A stretch of 64,000 nt of DNA from assembly GCA_036172245.1 (NCBI GenBank), contig JAYWIR010000008.1:1364001-1428000 (forward strand), written 5' to 3'. Positions 21,901 through 34,930 of this stretch are shown piece by piece (the stretch's first letter is position 1; each line of letters starts with the position of its first letter). Made by a program: the position numbers and the translations under genes. Origin of the DNA: Raillietiella orientalis. Lineage: Eukaryota. The notes under the pieces were generated by a model. It saw nothing but the letters and a program-made list of their open reading frames with translations. It had not been told where the DNA came from and made no database searches.

Positions 21901-24900
21901 CATTCTCCTCCTTCTCCTTCTTCCTTCCTTTGCCTTCTGAGGCTCCTGGACCGCCGTTTCCTGAGTGTTCCCAAGGCCATCCTCTGGGAGCAATGCTGGC
22001 AGACCTTTTATGGCCTGAAGGGAAAGGCAAGGAGGTCCAGAGCCATCCCGGGACTCCGTCTATCCCAGCTGTGCGGTTCTCCGAGGTCGAGAGAGGAACT
22101 GCTATGATCCCCTCTCCCTGCCCCCCTCCAGTGCTGATCTTTCCTCCTGCGCCCCTCCCCTCCCAGTCCTTCCCTCTGCAGCGATCCCTCGGGCATCTCG
22201 GTCGAGGGAGGATGCAGGACGGCACTTTCCGGGAGAATCCCGGAGAGGGCCAGTCCCAGGCGGACGGCGGGTTCCCCAGGGGAAATCCAGTAATCCTCCC
22301 CTTTCGGTTGAAGAAAAGTTCGGGAAGGAGGGAGTGAACAGCGATCCTCACGAGACGGCAGCAGCACTGTCGAGACCAGCAGTTGCCGGGAAGAACCTTG
22401 AAGAAGAAGCTAGTCTCTCGATCCCCGCCCTCGCTAGGCGCTCCGCTACCTCTCTCTCTGAGCGTGCGCCTCCCCTTGTCTCCCTCTGCTCTTCAGGGAA
22501 AGGGGAGAGGACACATATCCCTCCTTCCTCCCGATCCTCCCTTCCGGCCGGCGTTGGAGAGAACGCCCTGGTCACCCCACCGATTTTGGAAGGGAAGGAA
22601 GGGAGCACTCCTGCTTCTCCTGCGGCCGGCCGCCCATCAGCGGCGCCTCTGGAGCGCGTGCTTCTTCTTGCGTTTGAGCAGTGATGCCTCTCCGGCAGGC
22701 GCAACGACTACCTTCTTTCCTCCGCCGCCGCCGAGTCCTTCCCCTGCTCGCTTTTAGGATCTTCCACCGCTTCCGCCTGCCACTCCCCACAAGTGCCACC
22801 TGCGGAAGAAGGTGGGAAGGGGTGGGGTGGAAGACGCCGTCCGCAGCGTGGACCGCCCGAGCGGGCGGAACCGCAGCCGCCGGGATCCTTCGGCCAGAGT
22901 TCAATAATCGAAGACGGGAAGCTCCCCTTCCTGCCTCTCCCGGGAGAGGCTGATTGGATCTGACACTCCCGAACAAAGCTCCCGCGGCACTCTCCCTGTG
23001 GCTGCCGGCGATAATCTGGCTCGCGTTAATTACGTTCGCGTCCCGGACGGGCGGATGAAAGGGAGCTGCGGAGATTGCGGGAACCCGAGAGGATAAACCG
23101 GGAATGGGAAACGTCTCCGCTGATTATCTCCGCGATGCGCCCTCCACAGCCGGGATACGAGTTTTTTTTTCCTTCTTTTCCTTCTTCTTTTGCTCCTCCG
23201 GCTGGCTGTGAACGGGATGGACGGCAAGCCGGGAAAATCGCTGAACCTTCCGCCCGCCTACCCCCTCCGGCTCCCCTCGTTCGAGAACGGCAGCGCAGTG
23301 CTGCGGGAGAGGTCATGTGGGGTGGCTACAGGAAGCTCAGAGGTAGGGAGAGGAAGAAGAGGAGAGTGCGAAAGCTAAAAGCAAAGGGGGACGGGACGGG
23401 AGAGCAGCAACATCCCTGAATCCCTTCTAAGGCGCTCGCTAACTCCTCGCGTTCGGCGCCCGTGGGCCATCTAGCCGGGACGTGTCCTTCGCGCTCCACG
23501 TCCGCACGCCTGCACCCGCGGCACGCCTAGTGCCACGCCGCGCACATGCACTGAGCCCGAGAATTCTGCGGATTCTTTCCCCGCGCATGCGTGCCGTCCT
23601 CTGCCGCTGGAGTCTCCACGCTCTGCGCTGTGGCACACGTCCCGTCCCTTTCCGTTCCTCCTCTTCCCTTTCCCTACTCTCCCCTCCCCTCCCTCCCTCC
23701 TTTCTTCCCCCCCCCCTTCTCCCTTCCTTCCTCTCCCCTGTTCCCGGGCTGTTGCTCGCCTCGCCTTCCCGGAACCCGACACCGGGACGGGCGGTGAGGT
23801 TCGTTTCCCCACCGCCTTCCAGCCTCGCGCGAGCGCTCGTGGGCGCGCGTCCCCTCCGGCTCCTCGCATCTGTCGCAGCCTCCTCGCGCGCTTGATTTAC
23901 CGCCCTCCTCCCGCTCCCCCCACTCGGGCGCCGCGCAGCTGCAGCCGACGGCCGTCCCCTACCAGAGGCCGGGCATTGATCGCCGTCCTCCCTCCCCCGT
24001 CTCTGCTCCGGGACCCGCTCCCAGTCGCGCGAGGCGGCGCCGACCACCGAGAACCCGGGAACAGCGGAGGAAAAGAGGAGAGGGAAAAGAGGGGCGGCTA
24101 GTGGCGGCGGAGGCAGCGCTTCGTCGTCCGCTTAGAGCGACTTCCTGGACTCTCTCGCCCTCCCGTCCCAGAGGGAGAAGGGGCGCTGGAGCTTTCGGTT
24201 GCCCCCCACTTCCCCCTCCCCCCCTCCAGTCTTCGCCATGGCGTTGAGCATGAAGCCACTGCCGAGACGCCGTCGTAGGCGACGCAGTCTCCGCCCTGCG
24301 CGGCAATCCTCGTGGAGTCTTGCCGGGGGTTAGACTAGGCACGTGGGGTCCACGAGGAAAGCAGAAGAGAAGGGGTCGTCGTGTCGCAATAAATGATCTC
24401 TTCTCTCCCCCTCCTACCGACCTTGCCACCTCCCTGGACCAGTCCTCCTCGTGAACGAAGCCGGCCACAGGGAAGTGCCGGAACGGAGAAATCGCCGATC
24501 CCTCCTCCCCCCTCCCTCCCGCCGGGAGCACTTTTGCTGCAGCCATCCCAAACCTCTCTCCTGAGGGGATATCCCTCGTTCCTACCTGGAAGGTCCTGTT
24601 CGAGACTCTATGAGGGTTGGCGAGCTATGAGGATCCCAGGATCGCAGACGGAGTTCTCATTTTTTGTCGGGACCATCAAGCGTCCCCCCCCTCCCCCTAC
24701 TTTCCCCGCAGGAACTCGTCTCTCTAAAATGGGAGTGGGGACAGAGAGTTCTCCTCTAAAAAAGGGAGGGACGCATCCCCCTTCCGGGAAGAGTAGAATG
24801 AGAATGGTCCAGCAGGTGGGACAGGACAGCACCGTTTGCCAGCCGTCCACTGGGTTCACCCCACTCTCACTGCCGCTTCTGCCTACCGGATAAAATGAGG

Positions 24901-27367
24901 TGCCAGGCAGGAGGGTCTGCATTCCATCGGAACGGGAGGAAGGAGGGGGAGTCTGGAAGTGAGGCCCGGGTGAGGAGGGTAAGTTCTCTAGAACTCGCGG
25001 TAATGAACAGGACAGTGAAGAGCTGCTCCCACGGAGATACGGGAGTGACAACGTCCGGCGCTGCTGCCAGATCTCCGTCCATGCTCCCCTCCGCCCCCGT
25101 GCGGGCACGATTTTCTTTGTAAGGGGGAGATATCGTGTACCCGGGAGCTTTTCTCGGGTCGGGGTGCCCTCTGACAACGCACCCCTCGCGACTGCGATGG
25201 ACAAGAATGAGGATCTTCAGAGATCCGCGCATTCCTTTCTTCACTCTTTCGCTCGCTCGTCGCTGTGCCCCCACGCGGACAAACTCCGCACCCCTGCCCT
25301 CTACCCCCTCTGAGACCGCCCACCGGATGCGCCCCCACGTTGGTGCGCCCCGCTGACGCTCAACTTCCGCCGGAAGAGTCCGGGCACTGAGCTTTCCTCG
25401 TGCCAGCCCAGGTGCCTCTCCCTAGCAGCGTTCCTTACCTCCCCCCCTCGTAATTCTCGAGGTCCTCTTGCTCCTCTTCTATCTTCTCAGAAAAGAGGCC
25501 GGGACCTCCCTCTGCACCTCCTGGAAGTCTTGCCACAGCCGCCGTGCCCACTTTGCAGGAGCCGCTGGAGAGCACCGAGCTGGAGGCAATAGAGGAGGGG
25601 AAGGGGGGTCTTATTTCTGACGGAAACAGAAAGGAAAGAAGAGAAAAGAAAAGCAGGAAAGATTGGAAGTCGCTGCCGGCGGATGCAGGGAACGCCCTGC
25701 ACCAAAAGACAACTCCCTGGTTCGAGGATGCGCGCGCAGCTGCGGCGAATACTTGCAAGGACCCTTTGGAGCTCTAGAAGCCCCCGAGAGTTCGCTGATT
25801 CCCACAGGAAAGAACCTTTTCGCCTGCCCCCCTGTCCTACGCCGCCGCCGTTGCCAGGAACCAAGTCCGCCGTCCAGTCAGTGGTTCCTCCGTCCCCAAC
25901 CTTGGATCTTCACCCCTCCCTCCTTCCTTTCCCCCCACTATCCATCGCTCCTTGGAGCGAAATGCTTCCAGAGATGCTGTTCATGCGCTCTTGAGAGGAG
26001 GGCGCGGGGAACGAGGGAGGCAAACGCATTCTTCCATCCCAGACAAAAAAGTCCAGCTCCCCCGCATCGGGAGCACAGGAAGGAGGGAGCGGGAAAGCGA
26101 GTTGCACTGTGTAGAGTTCTTGTTTTGGAGGGGTAGGGGGTTGACGAGGGACAACTTCCTCTCCCTTACGGCGTCTTTGAAAGATGGCCTCGAGGTCGTC
26201 AGCGACAGAGACGACCTCTCACATCGACAGCCGGGGTCCCCTCTCTTTTTTGTCCTCGGCGCTCGGTTCCCTCCAGAAGGGCTGTGAGTGAGCCGACATA
26301 CCTCCTGCCCCCTCTTCCCCACCCTCCTTCTCTCCTCCGGCCCGGAGAAGTGTCCGAAGGCAGAGGAATGTCAGCGGCAGCGTCAGTTGGGCAGCATTTC
26401 TGATGGGCAGGGTGATAGGTGCATGCAAAACCTCACCACTGTATACCCTCTCCCCTTCCCTCTCCTGCCCCCCTTCCTTTCCTACCTCTCCCACCCTCTG
26501 CTTTTCTCTCCTCAGCTGCAAGGGGCCAACAATCCACGTCATCTTGATGTTCGCCGGACGCTCCACCCTCGTCAGGAGGCTGCGGCACTCGGAGAAGATT
26601 TTTCGTCCCGAAAAGCAGGCGGAAAACACGCGAAGTGATGTGCCACCAACGCTCCCCCGACCACCCCTCTTTCCCCTCCTAAAGCTTCCCGCCGCATCCG
26701 GCAAGAACAGGAGAATTCTGACGGCAGGAAGCAGACCCCTTTTCCCTGGAGGGCGCCCGCAAGAGCCTCATCAGATGAATCGCGTCCCCTCTGGTAGCTG
26801 CCGATTCGCGGAAGCAGAGTCCAAACTGCCAGAACATCTCCTACCAAAACGAGGAGGGGGGAGGGGAAGAAGTGCTGTCACAACCATCGAGCCATTCAAA
26901 AGACGAGATGTCAGACATCCTGTGACCTATTAGGTGTCCAGAATCAGTTCGTTTCATCCTGAACCACAGTGGTGAGTCTTCTGCGTGTGGAAACCTCTCA
27001 TGGGCATTCAGCAGCTGAAACCATCGATTGTTACAGAGCCGTTGTGAGCAGACATTTACAGCCTTGAATGACAAAATGAATTGGTCATCTGGTCAGATAC
27101 CAGTCCGAGGTATAAACACAGCTTGAAGTTTCCTCAGGGTGTAAGGGAGTCAGTCGTGCAGGGTAACCGTGGAGTCAGATGCCATGAAAATACCAGACCA
27201 GGACTGTGTGGAAAGAAATTTGTTCCGCTGGCTCAGCACCAGCTGCACGCAGAATGCCCCCCTTCTCCCCCCCTTCACAGAGCATTTCCCGATTTCTGCT
27301 CTGAACCAACAGCAAACAACGCGCGCGAGGCGCGCAGTCAACGGAGGACAAGGGAGCAGAATTGACG

Positions 27368-28395
27368 GAGCAAGTCTCATCCATCTCCGGGGTCCCCTTG
27401 TGGGGATCGGCAAAGGGATTTTTCACCCTTTTCAATCGAAATCAGGTTATCTCGCTGAAAGTCTCTATCCCCCGGAATGACAGCGCGCACGCTTGCTGTC
27501 CCAGCAACGAAGCCTTCGCGCGATCCGATAAACCGCATGGCTCGCTCGAGATTCCACGCCCATTCAGTACATGGTGTGACCCAGTTTCTGCAGCTAGAGT
27601 GGAACACAAAAGTTCAGCGTTCAGAACGCCGCTGCTGTGTTCCTCCCGAATTCTGCAAACATTCAGCACAATCTGTCGGGGCCAGACGGAACGACAGCCT
27701 GCTGCCACCTGCTGTGCATTGCACGTATCAGAAATGACTGAGGGATCTGAAGGAGGAGCACTAACAGTTGGTAAGACTCAAACCAGCTGATGCAGTTCTG
27801 CAACACAGAATTCTCCGTGTGTCCTGTATGTCTGGAGCGTATGGATGAATCCTTGAACAGGGTTGTGACTACTGTTTGCACATTCCACGGGAACTGCTTA
27901 TCTAGTAGAGCAGACATCAGGCGGAAAGGCATCGTACATATAGCTCAACTGCTCTGTTTGCCACCACTATCAGCCACCAGAGTTGAGACCTGATGATGAC
28001 TATCTCAATTGGATTCGGTTTCCGTCATCTGCAGCCACGTAGGATGTGGTCGATATGGAAACCGGCATGCCTTCCGTGGAGTAGGGCAGGGAGATCAGCA
28101 GCATGAAGCCAACAGGCACTTTGAGAACACTGAACACATATCGGCAATGAATTCGGGGGGGCTACTGCATTTGAATCGGGGACAACTTTCTGCGTCGATT
28201 CTTGCAGAACCAAGCAGATAAGGAGCTGGTCTAATTAGATGATTGCAGCTCTGTTGATCCGAGAGATGAGGGCATCGTGTCCATCCTTAGATGGACAAGA
28301 TGCAAAGGATTGAGGGAAGATTGGATGCCTTCAAACTGTTATGTACCTCCAAGATAAAACTGCTGCTTCACTATTGCTTTGAAGGAAAGTTGGTC
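27368..28395 (+). pseudogene. BRAP: BRAP / BRAP2 (BRCA1-associated protein; RING + ZnF-UBP E3 ligase) pseudogene, frameshifted, with introns retained
   Basis: Collinear peptides in shifting frames: EQVSSISGVP / LVGIGKGIFHPF, TLAVPATKPSRD, RDSTPIQYMV, EFSVCPVCLERMDESLN..VCTFHGNCL (RING), ICSHVGCGRY..RHFENTEH (ZnF-UBP), GDNFLRRFLQNQADKELV. A GT..AG intron remnant lies at 27771-27808. Confidence 0.85.
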
Positions 28396-28419
28396 CAGCG
28401 CTCAAACGGCAGCTCGCAT

Positions 28420-29450
28420 TCACCCCGCATTGTCCTCCATACCCTCCTCCGGGCTTCATAATCGACCCACATCGTCGCTGCCGTCTCTTCCTGCTGCTCG
28501 TCAACCGCGGAATTGTCCAGGGAGTCCGGAGCATTTCGTAGTAACAATCAGAAGGGATACCCCACCATCTGATTATTGGTTTCGTCGGAAGAGGAGCAAA
28601 TGGTACGAATGGCGGGCATGCCATAAAGGAGTCATCCTCCTGCTGGAGCCCTTCCATTTGTTCGGTGGCTACAGGGAACCCCTGCAGAACCGTTTTGCGG
28701 CGCGAGGAAGAAAGGGTTATCCATCATCACCCTTGACATCCGCTGACGACATCCCACACCATTGCTCTCTCCTTCTCTTCCTCTTTGCCTCTCCTTCCCC
28801 TCACCTCTCTTCTCCGCTCTCCATCGCTTGAACATGTCCCGATTGAGGAGGTTACCCCGGTCTGGAACGATGCCCCTCCCAGTTCACCCTCCAGGAAAAG
28901 GAACTATCCCCGGGACGAAGGAGACTGCTGCGAATCCAAGAAGGGCCACCCACCATGAGAGTGAAAAAAGAAACGACACAGAGGTTGGGAGGCAAAGAAA
29001 CCCAGGAGGGAGAAGAAAAAAAACTCGGCACGCGAGCCTGCCTACATGACAGTAATAAACAGCAATAATCGTTGCATTAACAAGGGTCAAGTTGGCCTTC
29101 CGTGCTCCTAGCTGTCTGTGCCTGCCCATTGCGTTCCATAAATGACTTCCGAAAGGAGGATGTTTTCTGTAATTGCCATCCCAAGGGTGATCTAGGAGGC
29201 ACTCGAAGACGTGCTTCCCTAGAAACAGGATCGTCCACGCAGCTCGGAAACGAAGGTAACTCGGAAAACCGGAGTCTTGGAGTGGTTTCGTGAAACAGCT
29301 GTGCTTCGTACAGCAGCGAACAGTGCCGCGCCAGCCCCGAGGGCACCCCCTTGCAGTGTGGCCAAACAGAGCCATCCGCGTGGCGACCATAGAACGAAGG
29401 CCTCCGCAGGCAACAACAGAGACTGCCACGTTACGACGACTGACGTACCA
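28420..29450 (-). mobile_element. Highly decayed non-LTR retrotransposon RT fragment (early RT domains)
   Basis: FTKPLQDSGFPSYL..WTILFLGKH...GNYRKHPPFGSHLW loosely matches the LINE RT pattern FN..L..G.FP..W..T.LI.K...NYRPI.L; recognised by eye only. Confidence 0.3.
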
Positions 29451-32400
29451 CCATGGACAACCTCTGCGACTCCTGGAGGTGGTGGAGTGCCCAGAGCCGC
29501 CGGAGGAAGCAAAGGGTCTCTGGGACGAAATGCAGAGCGGTTCTGTCCCCCGGGTCTTCCGAGAGCCGGGCAAGGGAGCACCACAGAAGTGTCGCGGAGT
29601 CGGAAATCGAGGAGAAGCCCTGTGCGGATCTTCCCGACTTCCATCCCAGAGTACCTTCCATTTATTCCGGCGCGACTGCTAAAGAGTGAGTTCCTGCCTC
29701 CTTACGAGGAGCCAAAGGACTATACCGAGGATGTCTCCCTAGAAGAGCATCGCCCTCCACCGAGAATCCTCCCGGGGGGGGGAAACACAAAATAAATGCG
29801 CGCTCGTAGCAACAGCTCCACCTAGGGAGCGACAGGTGACTGGGCCTCTGCAGTGGGCTGCCCAGAAGGATGCCACTGCCCCATCCCGAATTCCTCAAGC
29901 ATCCTTCTCGCCCAGCCTTCCACCCTGCCTACCACCCACACACCTCCCACCTCACAGAAGGCCTCCCGCGACGGCACTCCGAGCAGCCGACTGGCGGTCG
30001 CCTTCCCCGCCTGCACGCACCTCCAGCGGGTGGCGCAGATGACACCACTAAGAACACCAGGCGGGAACGATCCTCGAGACCGAGTACGCCGCGGGCCAGC
30101 TCGCCGCGCCCGCATGGCGCGAGCAGGCGGCCTTTCCCCCGCCTCCGGCGAGCCTCCAGCGCTTCAGGCCGCGGCGGCCGTCCGTGCCCGTTCTCCTTGG
30201 CTCCCGCCGGCGACTAGACGAAGGATGCCGCGGAACGCTGCCGCGAGAGAGGCGCCGTCGCGGGGAAACGGAAGTTCCTCCTCGCGACCCGGACGCCGTC
30301 GGGCATCACCGCGGGGTGTTTCCCGTCCGTCGACCCACCGGCACTTCCGCTTCCGCCGGGGATGCCTTCTTAAAGCCCCGACGATGGGGGGAACTAGCAG
30401 TACGCCATCGTTGCCCAGGTGCCACAACCGATTCCCGCGCGGACGAAGCGGAGGACCACTCCAGCCACCACCTCCGTAAGGATTCCCATGTGATTGCTTC
30501 TTGACTTTCCCGCGTCGAAGTGGGGGAGGAGGGCGGAAGAACACGAGTCGCGAACGAACGATGGGCGCCGATGTTGGGTGGATGGTGTGTGAATGGGTCT
30601 TCCCCTTCGCGGTCCGCCTGCTTCTGCGGCTCTGAAAAACACCGTCGGGTGCTTCTCCCGTCCGAGAGTCCCGTCGACTACTAACCCTGACGGGGTAGTG
30701 CAACAGGTCCAGTAGTCTGGATGCTGCGAGTCCGTTCCGAGGGTGTGCTGATTGAAGCCGCCGCCAGACCTACGCATCAAATGAGACGGCCGACGCATGC
30801 TGTCTGCAGAGTCTTCGATGGCATCACAATTGGTACGAAGAAATCATTTAACTCACGAGCCTCAAGTTAATCACTGAAGAGAAGGGCCGCAGTCGAGTGT
30901 GCCCAGCGTCTTCACAGAGTGCGTCTCCGAGGAACGCCATTTTCTGCATCTGCCTATTGCATTACCTACCCGATTACGCTTGAACTCGCTTGAATTGTAT
31001 CTGGAGTCCCGGAAAGGAAGCTTTTCTTGGTACCCCGCATACCCTGGTGGGACGAACCCTTTGGGAATTGTACCACCTTCCCTCTCCCGCCTCCGCGGCC
31101 GGAGGGCGTAGGTGCAGTAGGAATGCTCCCTGCCACTCCAGTCGGCGGTGATACATAAGCAGGGTCACCCGTATACCATATGTCCCTTAATCCTCTCTTG
31201 AAGCTCATCTGAAGGACCGAGATGTTGTCACATGGCAGAGAAATGTCGGCTTCGCTACCCGCTGCGCTTCCTGACGGCAGCAGCAGCGCGGGCTCCGGCC
31301 ATGGATGGCCACAACTTTCTTGTCCTCCTTTCGTTTCTGCGAGGCCACGCGGCCACTTCCCTTCGTCCGCTTCAACCCCACGGCGCGAGGCCAGCTCGGG
31401 TGTTCTCCACCTGAGAGAACTGAGAGAGCAGAAATCGCTCTCCGGCCAGCAATCGCACACCCGCGGGATGCGCAGCCCGGACGCATCCATCCGAGAGTCG
31501 CATGGTCTGGGAGGACGAAGACGAGAAGGCAGCGGGACGACAGCCGTCTTTGGCTGAAGAAAGTTTCGTTTGCTTTGCCACTTCTTTGCCCGAGTCCAAT
31601 CATCCAGGATCTCTGTGTTTTTCGAGCCGACAGCAATTTTTAACAGTTCTCCGCCTTCCTCGGCAGAGATTGCGTCCAGACAACTTGAAATGGGACTGAC
31701 CGTTCCTGTCTCTCGTGCTTCCTTCCACGCATCCATTTGTGATGGTTTTGGTGAAGGATTTGGCTCCCTACAACTTCGTCGTTCCGACACCGGAACGCGT
31801 GACACTTAGAAGCCAGATTTTTCGGTCAATGGATGAGCGACTCACGGCCTCTTCTTCTTTTGGACTTCAGTTGGCTTGTTGCCATGAACTGGCTCTCCCA
31901 CGGGAAGGAGCTCTCACACCATTGCTGCTCCGGGAGACATTTACTATATCGTACCGTCTGGGTGAATGCCCGTCTGCTAATTTGCATCTGTTGGTGGTAA
32001 TGATGCATCAGTGCTGTCTGATGATACTTCTAAGGCGTCATCGCGCAAGAACTTTTCTGCAACTCAGCACTGATATGTCGTAGGCATCCGCAAGAAGCCC
32101 CTCTTCTGCATATGCTGAATGGAACCGTTTGCCCCTCGACTAATTTCTTGCTCCCCATTGTGCCTATGGCTTAATTCCGATTCTACGTCTTGATTGGACT
32201 GTGTCGTGGGCCAAGCCTTTTTCCGCGCACCCGTGGATATGATCTACTACTACGTCCTTGGCACTCCCTGCAGTGCTCGTTACGTAGTGTTTCCCTCTTT
32301 ATTTGAGAAGATTAGCGCGGTTCTCATCTTCGTACGAGGAAGGAAGCTCCTGAGCCTGGAAGAGGTCCCACCTGCCCAGAGAAGCGTGAGCCAGTATGCC

Positions 32401-33847
32401 TGCTCAGAGGATCTGCCCCGTGCTCCAGGGACACAGCTGCTGCAGCTGTGTTCCTGTCCTCAGCGGTAGCACCTGGGTGCTCGTCCTCCTCGGCAACCGG
32501 CGGCTGGTCGGACTTCCTTCCTTTTTCACGTTACGTGCAGTCGCCTGGAAAGCGGCGCTGGCGTCGACGATGGAGATGGGCGATGGTGGTGCTCCTCGCC
32601 AACGTCGCATGTCGGCGATCCCGTTCATGTTGATCCCGTTCCGGATGATGCCTCCCACTCTGGAAAGTACGTGGACTCAAATGTCTCAGCAGGACTGGCA
32701 CTCTTCCACTGAGCGAAGATATCCGTCTGGTCTGAACGGAGGCACATGTAGTCCCGGGCACGTTCCGGGAATCGTTTGCCCCTTTCCCCTGCCGTGCCTG
32801 AGCCAGTATGGGGGGCGCATTCTTGGACACCCTCTCGGAGGAACGGGGCGAGAGGTGAAGTAAGGAGGGTACGGAGCCAATCTCGAACGCTTCTGAACCA
32901 TTTGGAGCTATTCTTCTGGCGACGAATAGGACCGCAGAGAAGCGCCACGTGCCAGTGGCGTCACGCATCCGAGGTTTCTTTTGTATTTTTTTTCTATGGA
33001 AATGCCAGCAAGCTGAATTCGGATTTCATGCTTGCAACCTTGCAAGCTCGCTTGCAACCTTGGCTGCAACTTATGCATGTCCACGTTCCAGAGTTCCTGT
33101 ATGCTCTCGTAACGCTTCTGTCTCCGTTCGCGACTTTACTCGGAAACCCTTCTTTGTCCATCTTAGCATTACGTTGGGAATGAGGCCGAGGCCACTTCTC
33201 AAGTGGCGCTTGGAACGTGTTCGGTTGCCCCGGGCATTCATTCTCGTGCTCCTCTCTTCACTGTTGGAACATTGCAGGTTGCTATTGGCACCTGCCCACA
33301 CACTTCTTCAGTCCGGCTACCGGACTTGGTGGCCCACTGCAAGTCGTCGGTCCATCCACGGCCCTCTTCTCCTGACTGCACGAACAGCACAGCTCGCGCC
33401 TTCGCACCCATCGACAGATGGGAAGAGGCTGGTCGCAACGCAGATGTTTAAGAGCGAAGCAGTCCGAGAATCCACTCGAGCACCGTAGCAGTCCCTTGAC
33501 CCTTTGATGATGGCGACGATGTCGCTACCTTTATTCCTCTTCGGGAGAGATTGCAATCTGTTAATTTTTCTCCCTTATCCCGCCTGGCCGTGAGGAGTGT
33601 TTCCTCTCCGTGCGTCTCCGTGAGTCCACACCCAGGACTTGCTGTTTCTCTGAGACCTCTGCCTTCAGCCAGGTTTCCTTATTCTACCCCCAACTCCATT
33701 GTGCTGTTGTTGGTACATGAGAGAATGCCTCATGCATTGGTTTACTATGTGAGGCAACATACACCACGTTCTCTGCTTCCTTCTACCGCACGCGTGGAAG
33801 GCACCACTGGCGACTAGTGGAGTTGCCATGCAGCGGAGATCCCTTGA

Positions 33848-34930
33848 TTATGCAGCCGAGGTTGACGATACTTTGGTGGCTGCGCGCGAAAGAAGAGCCG
33901 CCAGTCCTTCGCAGATTGCCGCTCTTCTTTGGAGAAGGCAAGATAATACGCACCGGGGACCGCGGTGCTCTCTTGGCTCTTCGTTGCTTTGGTGCTCCCA
34001 TGGAAAAAGCAACTCCAACACGCCGTTATTCCAGACGCTCGTGGTGTTCGATTTGTCGATCTTCATGTCTGGAAGCGTTTGTTCCGCATGTTTCCCATTG
34101 ATTTCTCCTTCGAGGTTTCGTCTGCAGTTTGGCAGAATGATACGCGCAAGACGACTGCTTCCACCCTCCCCTGCCTCTTGGTTTGTGTCATCATCTACGA
34201 TGGGGACAGGGAGGTAGTCTTCAGGGAGGCTCTGCTTTCCTGAAGGCTGCACCAAGCGACTATCATGTCCTCGCCATAGTGGGGTCTCATTGAGAGCAGG
34301 ATGGACTCTGCTGAGATGATGGAAGTCCGTAGCTCTGCTTTTGCCGCTAGCACACTGGAGGAAGCGGTAGGATGAACAAGTGATGAAAAGCTGGGTCTGC
34401 TCCTGATTGTGCGTTCTTCTTTCCCTCCTCCTCCTCCTCCTCGTCCACCTTCCTTGCTTCAACTCTTTGGTTTCTAGACACATGGTTCCATTTTGATTCA
34501 TCCACCGCTTCCTTGGATCGTAGTGAATAGAGAAACGTGTGTCTTGCATAAGTTTGACAGAAGACGATGGTATTGGTAACGTTTCGTCTTCTGTGGAGCA
34601 GTGCCGACATGCATGTTGGACATAAGAGGAATCACATCCATTCTATAGCCTTCCCTCATGGAGCTTAGGATGGATTCTACTGCTGGAATGAAGAGGAGGG
34701 AGCTTAATGAACAGCCTTGCTTCACTCCTCGACGCACGAAGAAGGTTCTCGTTGCCGTCGATTCCAGCTGGGTGTAGGTGGAACTTCTGGAGTGTGTCTC
34801 CTGGATGATGTCTATCAATTTTCTGCCTTCCCCTGCTTCCTTTATTGCTCCCATGATGATCTCATCAGAGACTGTCCCGAAGCTTCCGCAGTCTGCACAA
34901 ACAGCCGCGAGGAGAGCCCAGTCTCGTATG
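33848..34930 (-). mobile_element. Decayed non-LTR retrotransposon: RT plus probable C-terminal restriction-like endonuclease (R2/NeSL/Utopia-like architecture)
   Basis: FGTVSDEIIMGAIKEAG..LIDII...FFVRRGVKQGCSLSSLLFIPAVESIL is a clear RT domain 3-4 match. Downstream, WRGHD and PDMKI...VLELLFPWE resemble the RHD and PD..(D/E) endonuclease motifs. YADD is lost and the frames are broken. Confidence 0.7.

Noticed and set aside
8900..26800. Numerous 100-350 aa R/G/P/S-rich ORFs
   Set aside because: They are low-complexity, overlap on both strands and show no recognisable domains, as expected from stop-codon scarcity at high GC.
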